Under the pieces are notes generated by a model. The model was not told where the DNA came from, made no database searches, and saw only the letters and a list, made by a program, of their open reading frames with translations. A stretch of 64,000 nt of DNA, taken from assembly GCA_963924565.1 (NCBI GenBank), contig OZ004610.1, positions 5,952,001-6,016,000 on the forward strand, read 5' to 3'. Source of the DNA: Ascidiella aspersa. Lineage: Eukaryota. This document shows positions 51,001 to 64,000 of this stretch, one piece after another. Numbering within the stretch: position 1 is the first letter of the stretch; every line of letters starts with the position of its first letter. A program made the position numbers and the translations under genes.

Positions 51001-54000
51001 GGAATTGTTGCACAGGCATAAATACAGCTGCTTTAATATCATTCCAGTTTCAGTTTGATTTAATCACTAATATTTTCCAGGACGAATCGTAAACCTTAGT
51101 AGCATCAGCGGACGAATCGCAGCTCTAGGCATCCCATACATGGCGTCCAAGTTTGCCGTCGAGGGGTTTGCTGACGGACTAACGTAATACAGCAAACATT
51201 TTTACTATTACGAATTATGCTTACGTTAGATTTAACTTTTTGCAAATCTATAACAGGTTCGAACTTCGTCCGTTTAACATCACAACGCACGTTATCGAAC
51301 CGTCGTTCTTCAAAACAAATCTCACCAACATTAACCAACAAATCGCAGGTATCAAGAAGCGATTTGAGGAACAAAACGACGAGATGAAACAAAGCTACGG
51401 GGAAAGCTACTTGGTTACAAGTGAGATTTATAACATTTCTCTAAACAGGTAATACTAATTTACGGAATAATGAATGGTCGGAACGCTCACTAATTTAAGT
51501 GTTACCCCGTTAAAACAATTATTAAACCAACGCACAATATTTGGGTTAGGGTGGGGGTTAGCGTTTGGGTGAAGGTGGGTCAAGTGTTATTATATTTAAT
51601 AATAATACTGTGAGCGTTCCGACCGTTCCGACCATTCATCATTCCGTAAATTAGTGTTACCCCTCTAAACCAGTGTTTCTCAACTTTTGGTCGCGGCGAC
51701 CCAAAAATTATAGCGTAAGTATTTCCTTCAGTGAACTTTTTTTTATCCATCAAAATATTAAACATTGTCACTTAATTATTACAAATTTAATTCTTATGGG
51801 CCTTTTCTTTGTATTGCTTGCGGAATATTGTCAATTTCAGGAAATGTAGAACTAATCTCAACGAATCTTAGCATGTGAACTATTAATCGGCAAACCAATT
51901 TTGGGTCGACACCCATAGGCTGAAAAATACTGCTCTAACCAAAAACGAAAATGCAACATCATAACTTAACAGTAAAATATTTAGGGTATATACCGCATTG
52001 GTCAAAATAAGCACAAATGTCGTACCTTTCTTATGACTGAAGTCAAGACTCGAAAATCTACACTATTTTTCAAGGTGTGCCGCATCACATTGGCGCGACT
52101 CGATAGGTTCTCAATGGTTAACGAAATGACTTTCGGGTTTCCAAAATAGACATACCAGTATGCGTATATACAATAGCCATGAGGAAACACATGTATAGTA
52201 ACTATTGCCTTACTGTATTGAAACAGTTTTTAAAGTAAAGAACAAAAAACTTAAATTAGTTTTTTGTAAACAATTTGTCCATTTTTTTACTATGCTGCAA
52301 GCTAAAAAAAATAATTTTTTTTTTAAAAACACTGCTTAAACCGATTAATGTTTTCGTGTAAATTTAAATGTTAAGTTCGTTTAAATAAAGTTTACTTGTC
52401 TTGATGACATTGGCCATCATTAAGTTTTCGAACAAACACATGTTTTTTTTCCTTTTTCTTCATCCCAATATGCTTCATTTGGTGCAGAAATAAAAGGAGT
52501 CAAAACAATGTTGAGTGATATGGCGTCACCGAATCTCCAGCAGGTTGTGGACGCCATTGTTCATGCTCTATTTGCTGTTCACCCTAAGGAGCGCTATGCA
52601 GTTGGCGCGGATGCAAAATTTCTGTTGCTGCCGTTGTCGTTTTTGCCTACAGGTTATCAGGTTCGTGTGGTACTTTGCTAAACTAACTTGAAACATATAT
52701 AAACTTGTATTCGTTTGTACCTATAGTATAGCGTCCAGTACTATATAGGTAAATTATTCCGATACTGATTCCTGGTATGTTGGGCAGAAACTACCGCAAT
52801 CCGATTCGAAGCCAAATGATGCCATCAATATGATCAAATAAGCAAATTTAATCACATTGGTACATGAAAAACATGCTTTTTTATTTATTTTCGATTTTTA
52901 ATCTAATATTTTTTGCTAAATTTACCTCAATGTAGATAAATGTACTTTGGAACACAAAGCATAGCTAAAATGCAAAACTTAATTTAGTATCGGGCTGCAC
53001 CGATATACTACCACCGGGTATCTGCCACGATCCAACATAAACAAACATCCCTTTTGTTAGCTGAGATTAGTCTCTTGAAGTGGCGCTGTTAAACGATAAC
53101 GGACCCGTATGACTAGAAGGACTGTTCTACGGACAAAAATAAACTTAATACAGCTGTTTCCTTTTTTCAAGTCTTTTAGTTTGTCTGGACTTAAACAAAT
53201 TCAAATTTCCTGATTTTACGATGTGATACACAGTTTACCTAAAAATACAAACTAAGAGCGGAATGCGCCCTGGACGAGTTGCGATAATGCTATTTTCTAC
53301 TAGTCATTCGAGTCGTACCAGCATGTGTATAGCCTATAAGCAAAGCATTCCTGTCTATAAGTTCTCTACATAAGAGCTTTCCAAACTGAGGGTCGCTATC
53401 CTTATGTGTGTCGCGCAACTAGTTTTACGTAGCGAGTATATACGGGTCTCCAGCCATAAGACCGAAATAAAAACACCATCAACGTCGGAATAAAACACAG
53501 TTCGGAATAATAGGACTAATACATAATAGTAAACAACACTTTGCCTAACCCCAAACGGCACCCCTGCATACACTACTTATTCCCCTAATAATTTTAATCC
53601 TAACCCATTTTCTAACCCAACCCATTAACCAGCACCATTAACCCCAAACAGAAAAAATCTGGTGCCACAACAGCGGCGCCCTAGCGGCGTCGGACAAACT
53701 AGGGCGACCACGCAAACGTCGTCACCATAAACGGCCGAAGCCAGACCTACTTCCTCCAAACGAAAGTAGTTTTTACCTGTTTTTCTGCTTTAGGTATTGT
53801 TGCTTTTTAGGTCCTTATTGTGCATTCCCATTGATAACATTACACGGCGAGTGCAATACCCCAAATTCACAAATAACAAAATTTGGCACAGTGTTTTTGT
53901 AGGCCAAATCTCTTTTAATATTTTGGCTCTGTGATTTGTTTCATATTAACCTTACTTTCAGGAATGGATAATGCGCAAACTTCGGAGATTAATCAAAGCG

Positions 54001-54039
54001 CCCAACCCTCACCCCGAACAAGCCGTTCTACCTGCATAA
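48089..54039 (+). CDS. SDR9C-family short-chain dehydrogenase, paralog 2, 8 exons, ~334 aa
   Basis: Exons 48089-48197 (GC donor), 49082-49131, 49494-49659, 50110-50271, 51081-51183, 51257-51420, 52488-52660, 53962-54039. Motifs: ITGCDTGFG, LWAIVNNAG, YMASK. Same intron positions as paralog 1. Confidence 0.92.
51448..51662. mobile_element. Fold-back MITE with long TIRs and internal GGGTTAG-like repeats
   Basis: GGTAATACTAATTTACGGAATAATGAATGGTCGGAACG at the left end; its complement at about 51622-51662. The core TTGGGTTAGGG...GTTAGCGTTTGGGT is also seen at about 8365-8415. Confidence 0.7.
51671..51932. mobile_element. hAT-type MITE
   Basis: CAGTGTTTCTCAAC / GCTGAAAAATACTG termini; TSD CTCTAAAC / CTCTAACC. 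Confidence 0.65.
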
Positions 54040-55660
54040 CCATGGAGACCAAAATGTGTCGTTCATAATGACTGGGGTAATGACGTTTTTTTACAAAAAA
54101 ACTCATTTCCATTTTTAATTGAAAAACATTATGTTGCTTTAATAGAAGGTTTAATAAAAATCGAATCTGAATGATACATTTACTTTTTACATTTCCGAAA
54201 ATAATATAGTTATTTCTTTTAAAAGCGCATCCATTTTTTAAGAGTTTTAATTCGCAAAGCTGCCGATCACATAATATTTCAATTGCAATAAGTACGTTAT
54301 GCTTATTAATGTCATTTATCCCCTAATTAGGAAACACGCCACATGATTATTTCCTGGTCAAAAACGCTACTTTTAAACACACTTCAACTATGTGTTAACG
54401 CAATAATTTTGCCTTTTGTTGCCTTATTTTGATATATATGTGAAATAAAAACTGTAGAAATTGTAGCCTTATTTCAATATATGTGAAATATAGAATCCTA
54501 GAAACACTTTTTTTTTAATAATTCTTCAGTTTTATTAAATAGTTATGGCAGTCTCTGTGTACGGATTTTGTTTAGGCGAAGGCGACCCCAAACAATTAAA
54601 AAGCGATCGGGAAATACATACAGGAAGCGCACATTTTTAAATTGTATTGCAATCGGTAGCAATAAGAGCGCAAGTCGGCAATTTCGCACGTCAAGCTAGG
54701 TCGCCCGCTGTTGTATAGCTCTATAGCTCACTGCCACAACCACACTGGCGGTTGTACAGAAGTTATGGCTGTAGGGCGGGGAAAAACGTTTGCGGATTGG
54801 GTTTTCTTTGAAGTGTAGCCTTTCTCGGCCTTGACACGAACATGGGTGTATTGAGAGAATCGGGTAGGAAGTTGTTCGGTCATCAAGGATACAAAAAATA
54901 CACGCGCCGAAGGAAATTGTTCGACAATCCAACAGACGCGGTTTTTGCGAGAAAAATGGGGGTGTGATTGAATTGAAGCTACTGATGTGACCTATTCCAT
55001 CGCTGCCAGGATTCGCTCTTACAAGTGAACTAACACACATCACATAAAATTAGAGCTGGCTCCCCAGGAAACATATCAATATATGGAAATCGCTCTTCTG
55101 ATTCAAATCGTTAAGGGTTTTCGGAAGCATATACCGGCCGACCTCAACACGGTTCATATAGTTAAAATTATAATGCGTTAGCCAGCTTTTATGTAAAAAG
55201 TATAAATAAGAAGACGTTAGATTAAAAAAAGTGCTGGCAAACCGGATTTCGTAGGTTGCCTACCCCGGTTTTATACCATGTCGTGATTTCGGGGCATAAG
55301 TTTTTCTAACTCAACTCGTATAAAAGTGTATTTGAACAACATTTAAAAGTATATTTAAACGACTTTTTGCAATATGCCTCAAATGCTATTAATTTACGCA
55401 ACAAACTCGTAATATACAAGACGTGAGTGCGTAACTGTAAACATACATTGTCGATCAATTTACAGTCTGTAGGCGTGGTCAACGGTATTACAGCATTTAA
55501 CTTTGTAACATGATGTTATCTAACTTTACACAACGAACCATAGATTAAGTCCGATTCAATATAACCATACTGTAATAAACCTATAAGCAGCCATTCCGCA
55601 ATAAACCCTACTGTAATAAACTTATACGCAGTGTCAGTGACACACTGTATCACCTATAAC

Positions 55661-55887
55661 CAGGGAGTCGAACCGTTTGACTTTTCCGGTTCGGTTCGGG
55701 TTCAAGGATTTTTTCGGAATCCGGTTCAGGTGCATTTTCGGAGTCCGGTTCCGGTTCATAAACTTCCCGCTCGGATACAATATAAGTTACGCTAAATCTA
55801 AAAATGTGGGTCAATAAATGTAGAGAGTAATCTTTGAATTGTAAGTCATTTAATCTGAGTTACGGCTCGGTTCCGGTTCGAACCCCT
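55661..55887. mobile_element. hAT-type MITE with CGGTTC repeats
   Basis: CAGGGAGTCGAACCG / CGGTTCGAACCCCTG; TSD CCTATAAC / CTTATAAC. Confidence 0.75.
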
Positions 55888-58800
55888 GCTTATAACGCCA
55901 AAACTCCACTAAGGCAAAAAATTAAAAAATTAGTTTGCGAAGCCTATATCCTCTTGAATAAGATGCAGCAGTTAGTCAGCAGTTGAACTGTAGAGGACTA
56001 GGAATTTGTACATCCCTTGTAATGTTTATGTGGAAGCTTCTCGCTGCTACATAATCACAGTGTTTATCACATCGCAGAAAAAACGAGAACTATTTTCAGT
56101 ATGCCGGTTCTTCTTCTTCATGTCCACCATTCTAAAAATGAAACTGGTTAATATCTCTTTAACTTCCGGCTAATAAGATACCTGAAACTTGTATGAAAAT
56201 GTGGCGGAGTCTAAAACACATTTCGTTAGAAAACATTTCGTCAGAAAACAAGCGAAAAAACATAAATATACCAAATATATGTACTTACGAAAGTTTTTCA
56301 GCGTACTTTAATTTACAATTTTAAATTTTTTTTTAAACGTAGGGGCCTATAGTACTACAAAAAGTAATGCTTCGTCGTTATGTATGCTCCTAAACTGAAA
56401 ATCGGTTCACATAAGCGTGTACAATTAAAGAGTAGGTACAACCAAAGCTAAAACGTTCGCAATATTGGTTTTGGGTGTAACATAGTAAGGTACAGGCTTT
56501 TCTAAAGCGATTCGTGGTCGTAATGGATACAACAAACCACTTTTAACATTCCGCTGATTAAATTTGATCTTAATAGTCTCTGTCTGTACGACTGAGCAAT
56601 TAAATAAAAAAAATACTTACATTTGTTCCCGAATCGTACGACTGAAAAGAAACAGTACGTTTTTTAGTTTTAATGTTATAAAAGTCACGTCAAAAGTATT
56701 AAGACAAGTAGCATAAAACAGTTAATCCGATATATGTACTTATAAGAAGTTTTTCAGCGTACTATAATTTACAATTTGTACTTTTGCCAGCACTTTTATT
56801 GCGCTTTCCTAAAAATTTGAAAAAAATTAAAAAACGACAACTTTTTCCTAAACATTTTTTGAGAAGTTTTTTCTAATTTTTTTTGCTGCATGGTTATTTA
56901 TGCTATACATTCTGATACCCCTTTGAAACGTTAAGTGTTTGGTGATGTTACTAACGTATACATATTATTTATGTATGTCTATCCTTGAGTTCGTATGGGA
57001 AAAAAGCAATTAGATTGTTAGGATTTGGCAATCCAATTGAAAATAGGTTCAAATGGCTGAATTATAAGTTACAAGTTTCATATACTTTTATATATTACAA
57101 GTTTCATAGAAATCGTTCATCATTGGTATAATACTCACAGATTGGTCTTCTTTTAACTGTAAAAACAAAAATGCGTGTCAATAAGAGTTAGTGAAATAAA
57201 AAAATCTTTTAATTTCCTATGGAAGAAATGCCTATGCAGGGTTCACTCGGCTTGAGTTATATTTGTAGGTGTGGATGTATATTGTCTGACAGAGCCAGCG
57301 ACATCGCATATCTGAAACCTGTTAAAAAGGGCTAGCAGTCATAATCAGTGTAAATAACCGGTTTAACTAATCAAGCCGCACTTTCAAGTAGCTTCAGTTT
57401 TAGCTCATTGTGACAAACCGTGCAAACTGCAGCTTCGCAACAAAGCAAACCTAAGCGCGCGATACTTCATGTATAATTATGAAACTTTATATCAATGAAC
57501 GAATTTTCAGAATGCTGTGCTGGCTTCCGCCACGTCATACACCTATTGTTAACTATTCTTTGTTATACGCCGAAGAGTAAAGCTATGTGGATACCCAAGA
57601 AGAACGGCAACTGATGTCGCCGAGTGCATTTTTTTGCAAAAGATTCGCAAATGCCGTGTGAGTGAGAAAAGGCATAAATCTCTGCAGCGGGAAACCGCAA
57701 AGAACACGCAATTAGCGGACGCAATAAATCGAAGTAACCAGCGTTGATAATGCCACTGAGCACAGCGCCTCGTTTGACATTTCGTTACAAAGAATTCCTT
57801 GCTCCAATAAAAGCAGTATTCTTATCAAACATATAATTTCAAAGATAAAGAGGGACATTTCTCCAAAAAGGCCGTTTATATTTAAGGCATAGTACAACAA
57901 TAGGTATTGTCTAAAGCACAGCTTTTGATTTGTTGTTTGCAAGCAGTGGTCGGACTTAATCAAGTGTTAGCAAATGGAGTCAACGAACCAATATGGGTCC
58001 GTTCTTGCAGCAGTTTTAGGGGATCCGCCAATGAAAAGTTATAGTAGATTTAGTTTAGCCCAACCCAGAGTATAGGAAAATTGAATACAGCGAATTGCAT
58101 AAACCCTGCCTAATAAACGTTGCCAAAGTTTAATAATGATATTTGGTGTTATTTCATTAATATTTTTAAGCATTATGTAGTGATTTTTTTTCTTTGTCAA
58201 GTTATCTTCTTTAGGAGGGTCACGAATCACTAAAGACATTGCAGGGAACTACCTCATAAAATTCTTTCAAAAGTTTAAAACTATATGTATTTTGCACTCC
58301 CTAATAATAAAAACAAACCCTTAAAGGTTTTTTCTCTATGTCTCTTACAACCCTGGAAGCGATTTCCTCACTGCGGTAATGCAAGGAGCGCTGGTCCTAC
58401 AATCGCTTCCTGGGTTGCGGTCAGAAACCTTGGAAGCAAGAGGCGATGGCCTATTGAGATTGCCAATCAATTCGCCCTTTTCACTATGCTTTGGATTTGC
58501 AGGACTGCCGCTACGCGTGCCCCACTGTGTTTCAATGCGTAATAATAAGCTGACGACCGTGTTTGTTGGTTTTTGGCAACAACAGCAAATACAGCTGTTG
58601 CGGCCGGCGCGAAAGAGCTTGTTCGCCTAATTTATTGAGCAATTTTATCGCCTTGGCAATGAATCGAACATGCACTTTGGACCGTTCGTTTGTCGGTCGA
58701 TCGAGATTTGAAAACCCGTTGCAACCCATTTAACAGGACTAAAACTGCAAGGCAGGTTACAGCCATTTGTTCCGATGGTTTGATGAAAATTGATGATCGC

Positions 58801-59068
58801 TAAAAGATGTGCGCTACACGATTAACGCAAATTTATTGTAACCTTAGTTGGAAAGATCAATAGATTTTCATTTTAGTTGCGTACGCTATGAACGGATATG
58901 TAATGTAGCTTGATAAAACAATGCAAAGCCAAAAAGGTCAAGTATATGGACATCATCTTAATAAATACGTTTCGATACGCGCTGATGTGACATTTTTTCA
59001 TTTTTATTTACTTTAAAACGATATTTGGCCACATTTTGTTTTCCAAAACGCCCAGTTGTATTTCTCAC

Positions 59069-62000
59069 CGTTTCTAAAGTGCTGACATCCACTTTCAGCT
59101 GGGCTATCTCCTGTTCAAAGCTCGCAAACTTTGCAGGAAGCGATTTGAAGTTATTCTGTATCATTGGAAAAAATAATTAGGCTTTAATTGTCATAGCTTG
59201 AAAAATGAATCCCGACTTGTGATTATAAGATGGTACATATAGGAGTACGATTACTGCTTTAATTTGTGTGAAACACACTTACCGTAAAAGCGGTGTCAAA
59301 GCTGCTCAGGTTGCTTTTGACGATCGATAGTTCCGGAACAATTCGTGTAGACAAGTCCTGAGGAAGACAAAGAAATTCGTCAGCATTATATGCGTGTCGT
59401 CCTTACCTGGAAACTGCATTAAAATACCCTCTGCACTAATTCCAGCTCCCGCCGAGAGGCCGTTACGTCATCAGACAGTGACGCAAGTGTGACGTTTGTC
59501 GTACCTACCAAGTCCTGAAAAATTTAGATGAGGTTTGAGTCGTAATTCAAGTTAGTCTTAGGCAGGGATGACAAACCGTTTAATGGCGTTAATTACGAAC
59601 GAAACCTTAAGACATGTGAAAAACGCACAAGTGGTTCCTAGATTAAATTCTTTGCTTATAATATTGCGAAATGTGCTGCTGCATCTTCTCTACAAATAAT
59701 AGGATTCTTTCTGCAGGTTTACTTAGAGTTTAGATTTTAGACGATTTAATTCCAGTCACAAAAATAGGTTCACGTGTTAAAAACAAATAAAGCTCACAAA
59801 GCTACAGCAAAATATGTAATTGTAATTTGTAAACATCATTCAACATTTTTCATTTTTACAAATGCTTGGTAAAACATTTTGTTTTTCTATAATATTTGGT
59901 GATATTTCGTTATTTTTTTTCACTAAAAGTCTGTTGTACAACACATGCTAGGAAAGCGACCATAGGCATTTTTGTAAACCACAAAAGAGCCTTATGCTTT
60001 TCAATTGATACTCACCTGTAGAGTTTTTATGGCGCTTTGAGAAGAATCCAGTTTCTTGGACAGAGCTGCAAGTTGCTGGGACGCGTTAGCAAATTGCTGG
60101 AACAGACGTGTATAAATACGTTAAACAAATAAAGCAGTATACAGCATATTGTTAGGCCCCAGCATTAATAAAAAAAAATGATCAAAGCAAGATGAGCAAA
60201 TAATTGGTTACATTGTGCGAATGGTTACGTAGAAAATATTTTCAATAATTTAATGCTTTTTCATTTCAACCGAAACGCTTGCTCGTTTACTCGGAATATG
60301 AAACATGGATTTTTGTAGCAATTTCAGTGAACAACAATTTTTATTTTTTTTGGAATCTTAGCCACTCCAGCTGTTGCAAACGAAATAAAGGCACCAATGT
60401 GGTCTCGATAACTGAATTCTGCGTGTTTAAACCAACAGAAATTTCCAAATGAACAAGAGGTGCCCGCCCTATTAAGTTCCTGCGCTTTTTACGTTAACAA
60501 AAAAGTTAAGCGCCTTAAGATGATTACTGATCTTATTAGACTGCTCCGCTTAACATATAATATGTTCTCTCTTTTTACACATTAAGTTTACTGAAGACGC
60601 AGGACACCGCAGTTTGACGATTAATCTTGAACAGAATCGCGCGAAAAACACCATTCAATCATTCTAATCCGTGGTAAATTACCTTCACGTTGCCTAGAAC
60701 GGCTTGGGAAGTCGCCGTCAAAGCGCCGATCTGTTCGTCTGTGCCGATTGCAAGTTCCTGCAAGAAATATGAAGCCAATCGATTAATGATTATAACGTAA
60801 AAGAACAACTTGTTCAAACGTGTTTAAGGCTGACCGAAGTTTGTGATATATTAGATTGTCCTTATTAGGATCTAATATACCATAACGACATTTTAAAATT
60901 CCGCCTTAAAACCATGAAGAAAGCTTCGCCCAGCGTCTAAAGCTTATTGAAAAATAGAATGACTTCTTTAAAGAAAGGCATTTTGTTTGTGGCGATTTAC
61001 CTCACAATACGCTTAGAACACAAAGGTAGGCTATACGATATTTTATGACATTTTCATATACGTTGTTATGAATATGTTATGAGTTAGGCTTAAAAATTTG
61101 TTTGAACCTGTAATGTGTCCAAGGAGTTTTCTACCGTCTTCATCTTTTCAGACACCGCCACTAATTCCTTTTTGGAGCTGTTGATGGCGTTCTAAATCAC
61201 ACCAAGAGAATATTAAACCCACAACTGTACGTGGTTACGTCGTTCTATCGGTGTATTTATTATACAAAGTTGAACTCACGTAAGTCTATTTAATTCCACT
61301 TTAATCGCTTTATCAAATGACTTGACTTGACTAAAGCCTTTCGGGGGAAATGACTTCACTTAACTTAAATAAATTGGATTAAGAAACTGACTTGAACTTA
61401 AGTCATTTATGCAAATCAGTCAAGTTTTATTTAACTTTTTTTATTTGAATGTATTGTGGAAAAAAATACTTATTTTTGGCAAATATGAAATTAAAAATCT
61501 TAACCAGCCATTTTGTTTCGTTTTTTTTTTATGTTTTCTATGCGAAATATTGCACAAAAAGACCGTGTTCAACGATTTGTAAGAATAAAGACTTGACCCT
61601 GGTCATAAATTGGGTTGAATTTGGATTTAATCCGATATGTAGTTTCTTACGCTTTCCAAAATCTCTTTTCAATTAGTTTTTACCAATGGCTTTCTTCCTC
61701 TGAGAAGTTATATCATCTCAGCACAATGCTACACAATTTTACAAGAAATGTGTATTTTACGATTTCGTGATCAGAAAAGAAGTCGTAAAATTTAGACAAA
61801 CTTACGGATATGTTTTCGGCCAAATCTTCACGTAACCTTGACACGTAGTGCTGAAATCCTTCCGTCAGGTTTGTCAATGTATTAGTCAAAGAAGCCTGCC
61901 GAAAAACAAATTGCGGTACAAGGATTGCAAAAACTTGTCAGTATTTTGTAAAACAGCTAAAACACTTTCATATATAAGGAATCGTATGCAGACAATCACT

Positions 62001-63980
62001 TGGTATTTCGACAGCATAAAGAATAAAAATTAGAATAACAGGTATAGAGCTATAGTTACATATATATTTGAGGGATTCCTGTTTTTATACGGCAATATAT
62101 ATTTCTAAAAATTGAAAAAAAAATGTGCTTTATACCTGTTTTACTAAATGGTTTAAATATACTGTTACATCTTACTATTTCGCTCACTATCCTTATTACT
62201 ATTATTAATTTATTAATATTTGAACACAGTGGATACCGTCATGTTGCGGTGTCGTTTCTTCACCATTTTGGAAAGTTCGTTCATTGTGATGTTGATGTTG
62301 TTCTCCAGGTTCGCAAGTTCAGTCTAATACAAATTGCAAATTATATATGTCATTACCATGCCCGAACAATTAACATAGATAGAATTAAACAGTTAAAGGC
62401 AATTTGTTTAGGATTATTAGGCCAAACTTTGCCCTCGAGTTTAGAAGTGTGGTTACCTCCAGTTAACTTACTATGTTTTGATAAATTAAACATTCAAAGT
62501 AGAATTGCAAATCAAGACTAAAACGCACAAATTTTTTTTATTGGATCGGCACCGATAACGCCCTCAGTATCGGACGAGTACCGATACTTCCACTTGGCAT
62601 CGGGTATCGGCTCCCATCCAATATTATTTTGACATCCTTATATTTGTTAATATTAGTTGCCGAAACCTAATTTTAACTGTTTTTTTTACACTTATAAAAA
62701 TTATACACCTATAATTTTAGTTCTTTTTTACAGTTAGCTTTAAATTAAATTAAATAATAGTAATTCGTTAGTATATATTTATTGGTTTTCAACCTTAATA
62801 GACATCTAATGTGACTATAAAAACTCAAACTCAACTGTAATCGTCTAAGTAAACACGAGTATTGCACTCTCGCGAACTTTAAAAAAATGCGATAAGATTT
62901 AAAAAATAAAATAAACGCATGAATATAATAGCTTATTGTTTTTAATCACGAAACAGCAACTGCAAATATGTCATAATCAAACCTGAAGTGTGGCCAAGGA
63001 GCTTTGTGAAGACTCTACATCTTTAGAAACTTTTGCAAACTTGGTATTGGTGTTGTTGATAACGTTCTAAATAACATCAGTTCTTTAATGTCCCATCAAG
63101 AGTTACAACAGGTTTTATCAGTTTTTGCTTTCATAAAAAGGGTTAATAGTACACAAAATAATGAACTGCTCTCTACCAATGTCAAAAATGTGACCTGAAA
63201 AAATCTCGATAAAAAACCCACAAAAATACAACTGATTTATTTACGGGAAATTGTAAATTCAATATAATTAAATGTTGCACGACAACAGTTTGATAGTTAC
63301 AAAACTTTATTTACGGCCACTAAACGAAATGTATCTATTACGATTCGCCTTATTAATAACTGTGTGGCCCTAGACCTATATACTTCTCAGATATACCAGC
63401 ATTCAGTTTATCTCCTTTGGTCACGTAGTTTAAAACATTTCATTACAACATTACAACCAACGACTTGGATCACATAATACGTAAAGTCAGTGTACATATC
63501 GTTACGCAACGTTTCAGCGAAAAGTTTCTATACTAAGAATGAACCGTTCATGCAACATAACACATGCTTACGGAAATATTGGCGGCCGCCTCTTCACGAA
63601 ACTGAGACACGCCCTGCTTAAAATCTTCTAGGCTTCTTACGGCATTCTTCAAGGAAGCCTGTTAAAGTATTGGCTGTGTAAGGCGTTGGTGAAATATTTG
63701 AGGAAAAAATGGAGAATCGGACCGATGTAGAATATACGACAATACGTTTAATATAACATGCAACACCGGATGGCCTCGAAATAGCTTTCGGAAAGGTCAG
63801 AAGGGCGTTTTACAGAATACACGTTGACTAATATACGTGCAGTTACGTAAATGTAATAAAATATTTTCCAGAAAGCATTATGAATAGTATTACTGTGTTG
63901 TTGCGATGTCGTTGCTCCTGTACTTCGGACATGTCGCTCAGCGTGATGTTCGTGTTGTTTCCCAGCTCTTCGATTTTAGT
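59069..63980 (-). CDS. Partial gene (5' end outside window): N-glycosylated coiled-coil stalk protein built from phase-0 exons
   Basis: Exons 63980-63894, 63066-62983, 62323-62237, 61191-61108, 60757-60683, 60096-60016, 59514-59428, 59357-59283, 59155-59069 (75-87 nt, all AG/GT, all phase 0, open frame). Heptad-like sequence with many NxS/T sites. The 3' end is unresolved. Confidence 0.75.
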
Positions 63981-64000
63981 CTAATGCAGAAAGAACGAAA

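Noticed and set aside
54696-55043. 115-aa minus-strand ORF in a relatively GC-rich patch
   Set aside because: No recognisable motif or splice context; may be UTR or a repeat. Not supportable as CDS.
62123-62521. 132-aa plus-strand ORF
   Set aside because: Overlaps a minus-strand exon and AT-rich intron; hydrophobicity reflects base composition.

Overview
AT-rich animal genomic DNA with short GT-AG introns and many MITEs. It looks like an invertebrate chordate such as an ascidian, but that is inference only. I assembled gene models by hand from splice sites and frame continuity. (1) A two-exon SLC35G/EamA-type transporter (- strand, 2304-5043). (2) A 12-exon, ~690-aa mosaic protein (+, 9586-23327): myristoylation-like N-terminus, TM helix, Thr-rich stalk, atypical C-type-lectin-like module, Cys-rich modules, TSP1, CAP/SCP domain and Cys-rich tail. 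(3) Two tandem 8-exon SDR9C-type (retinol/17beta-HSD-like) dehydrogenases (26407-32016 and 48089-54039). (4) Between them, a ~13-exon gene built largely of frame-preserving microexons, encoding C2H2 fingers, a tyrosine-recombinase domain whose catalytic Tyr reads as Cys, and a Tudor-like module (35488-42259). (5) The downstream part of a - strand coiled-coil gene made of duplicated phase-0 exons (59069 to beyond 64000). Mobile DNA includes a 5'-truncated Penelope-like GIY-YIG retroelement with a ~249-bp inverted pseudo-LTR carrying minimal hammerhead ribozymes, ORF-less fold-back relatives of it, a second hammerhead family, many hAT-type MITEs with 8-bp TSDs and two Helitron-like 3' ends. No searches were run; family assignments come from motif recognition.
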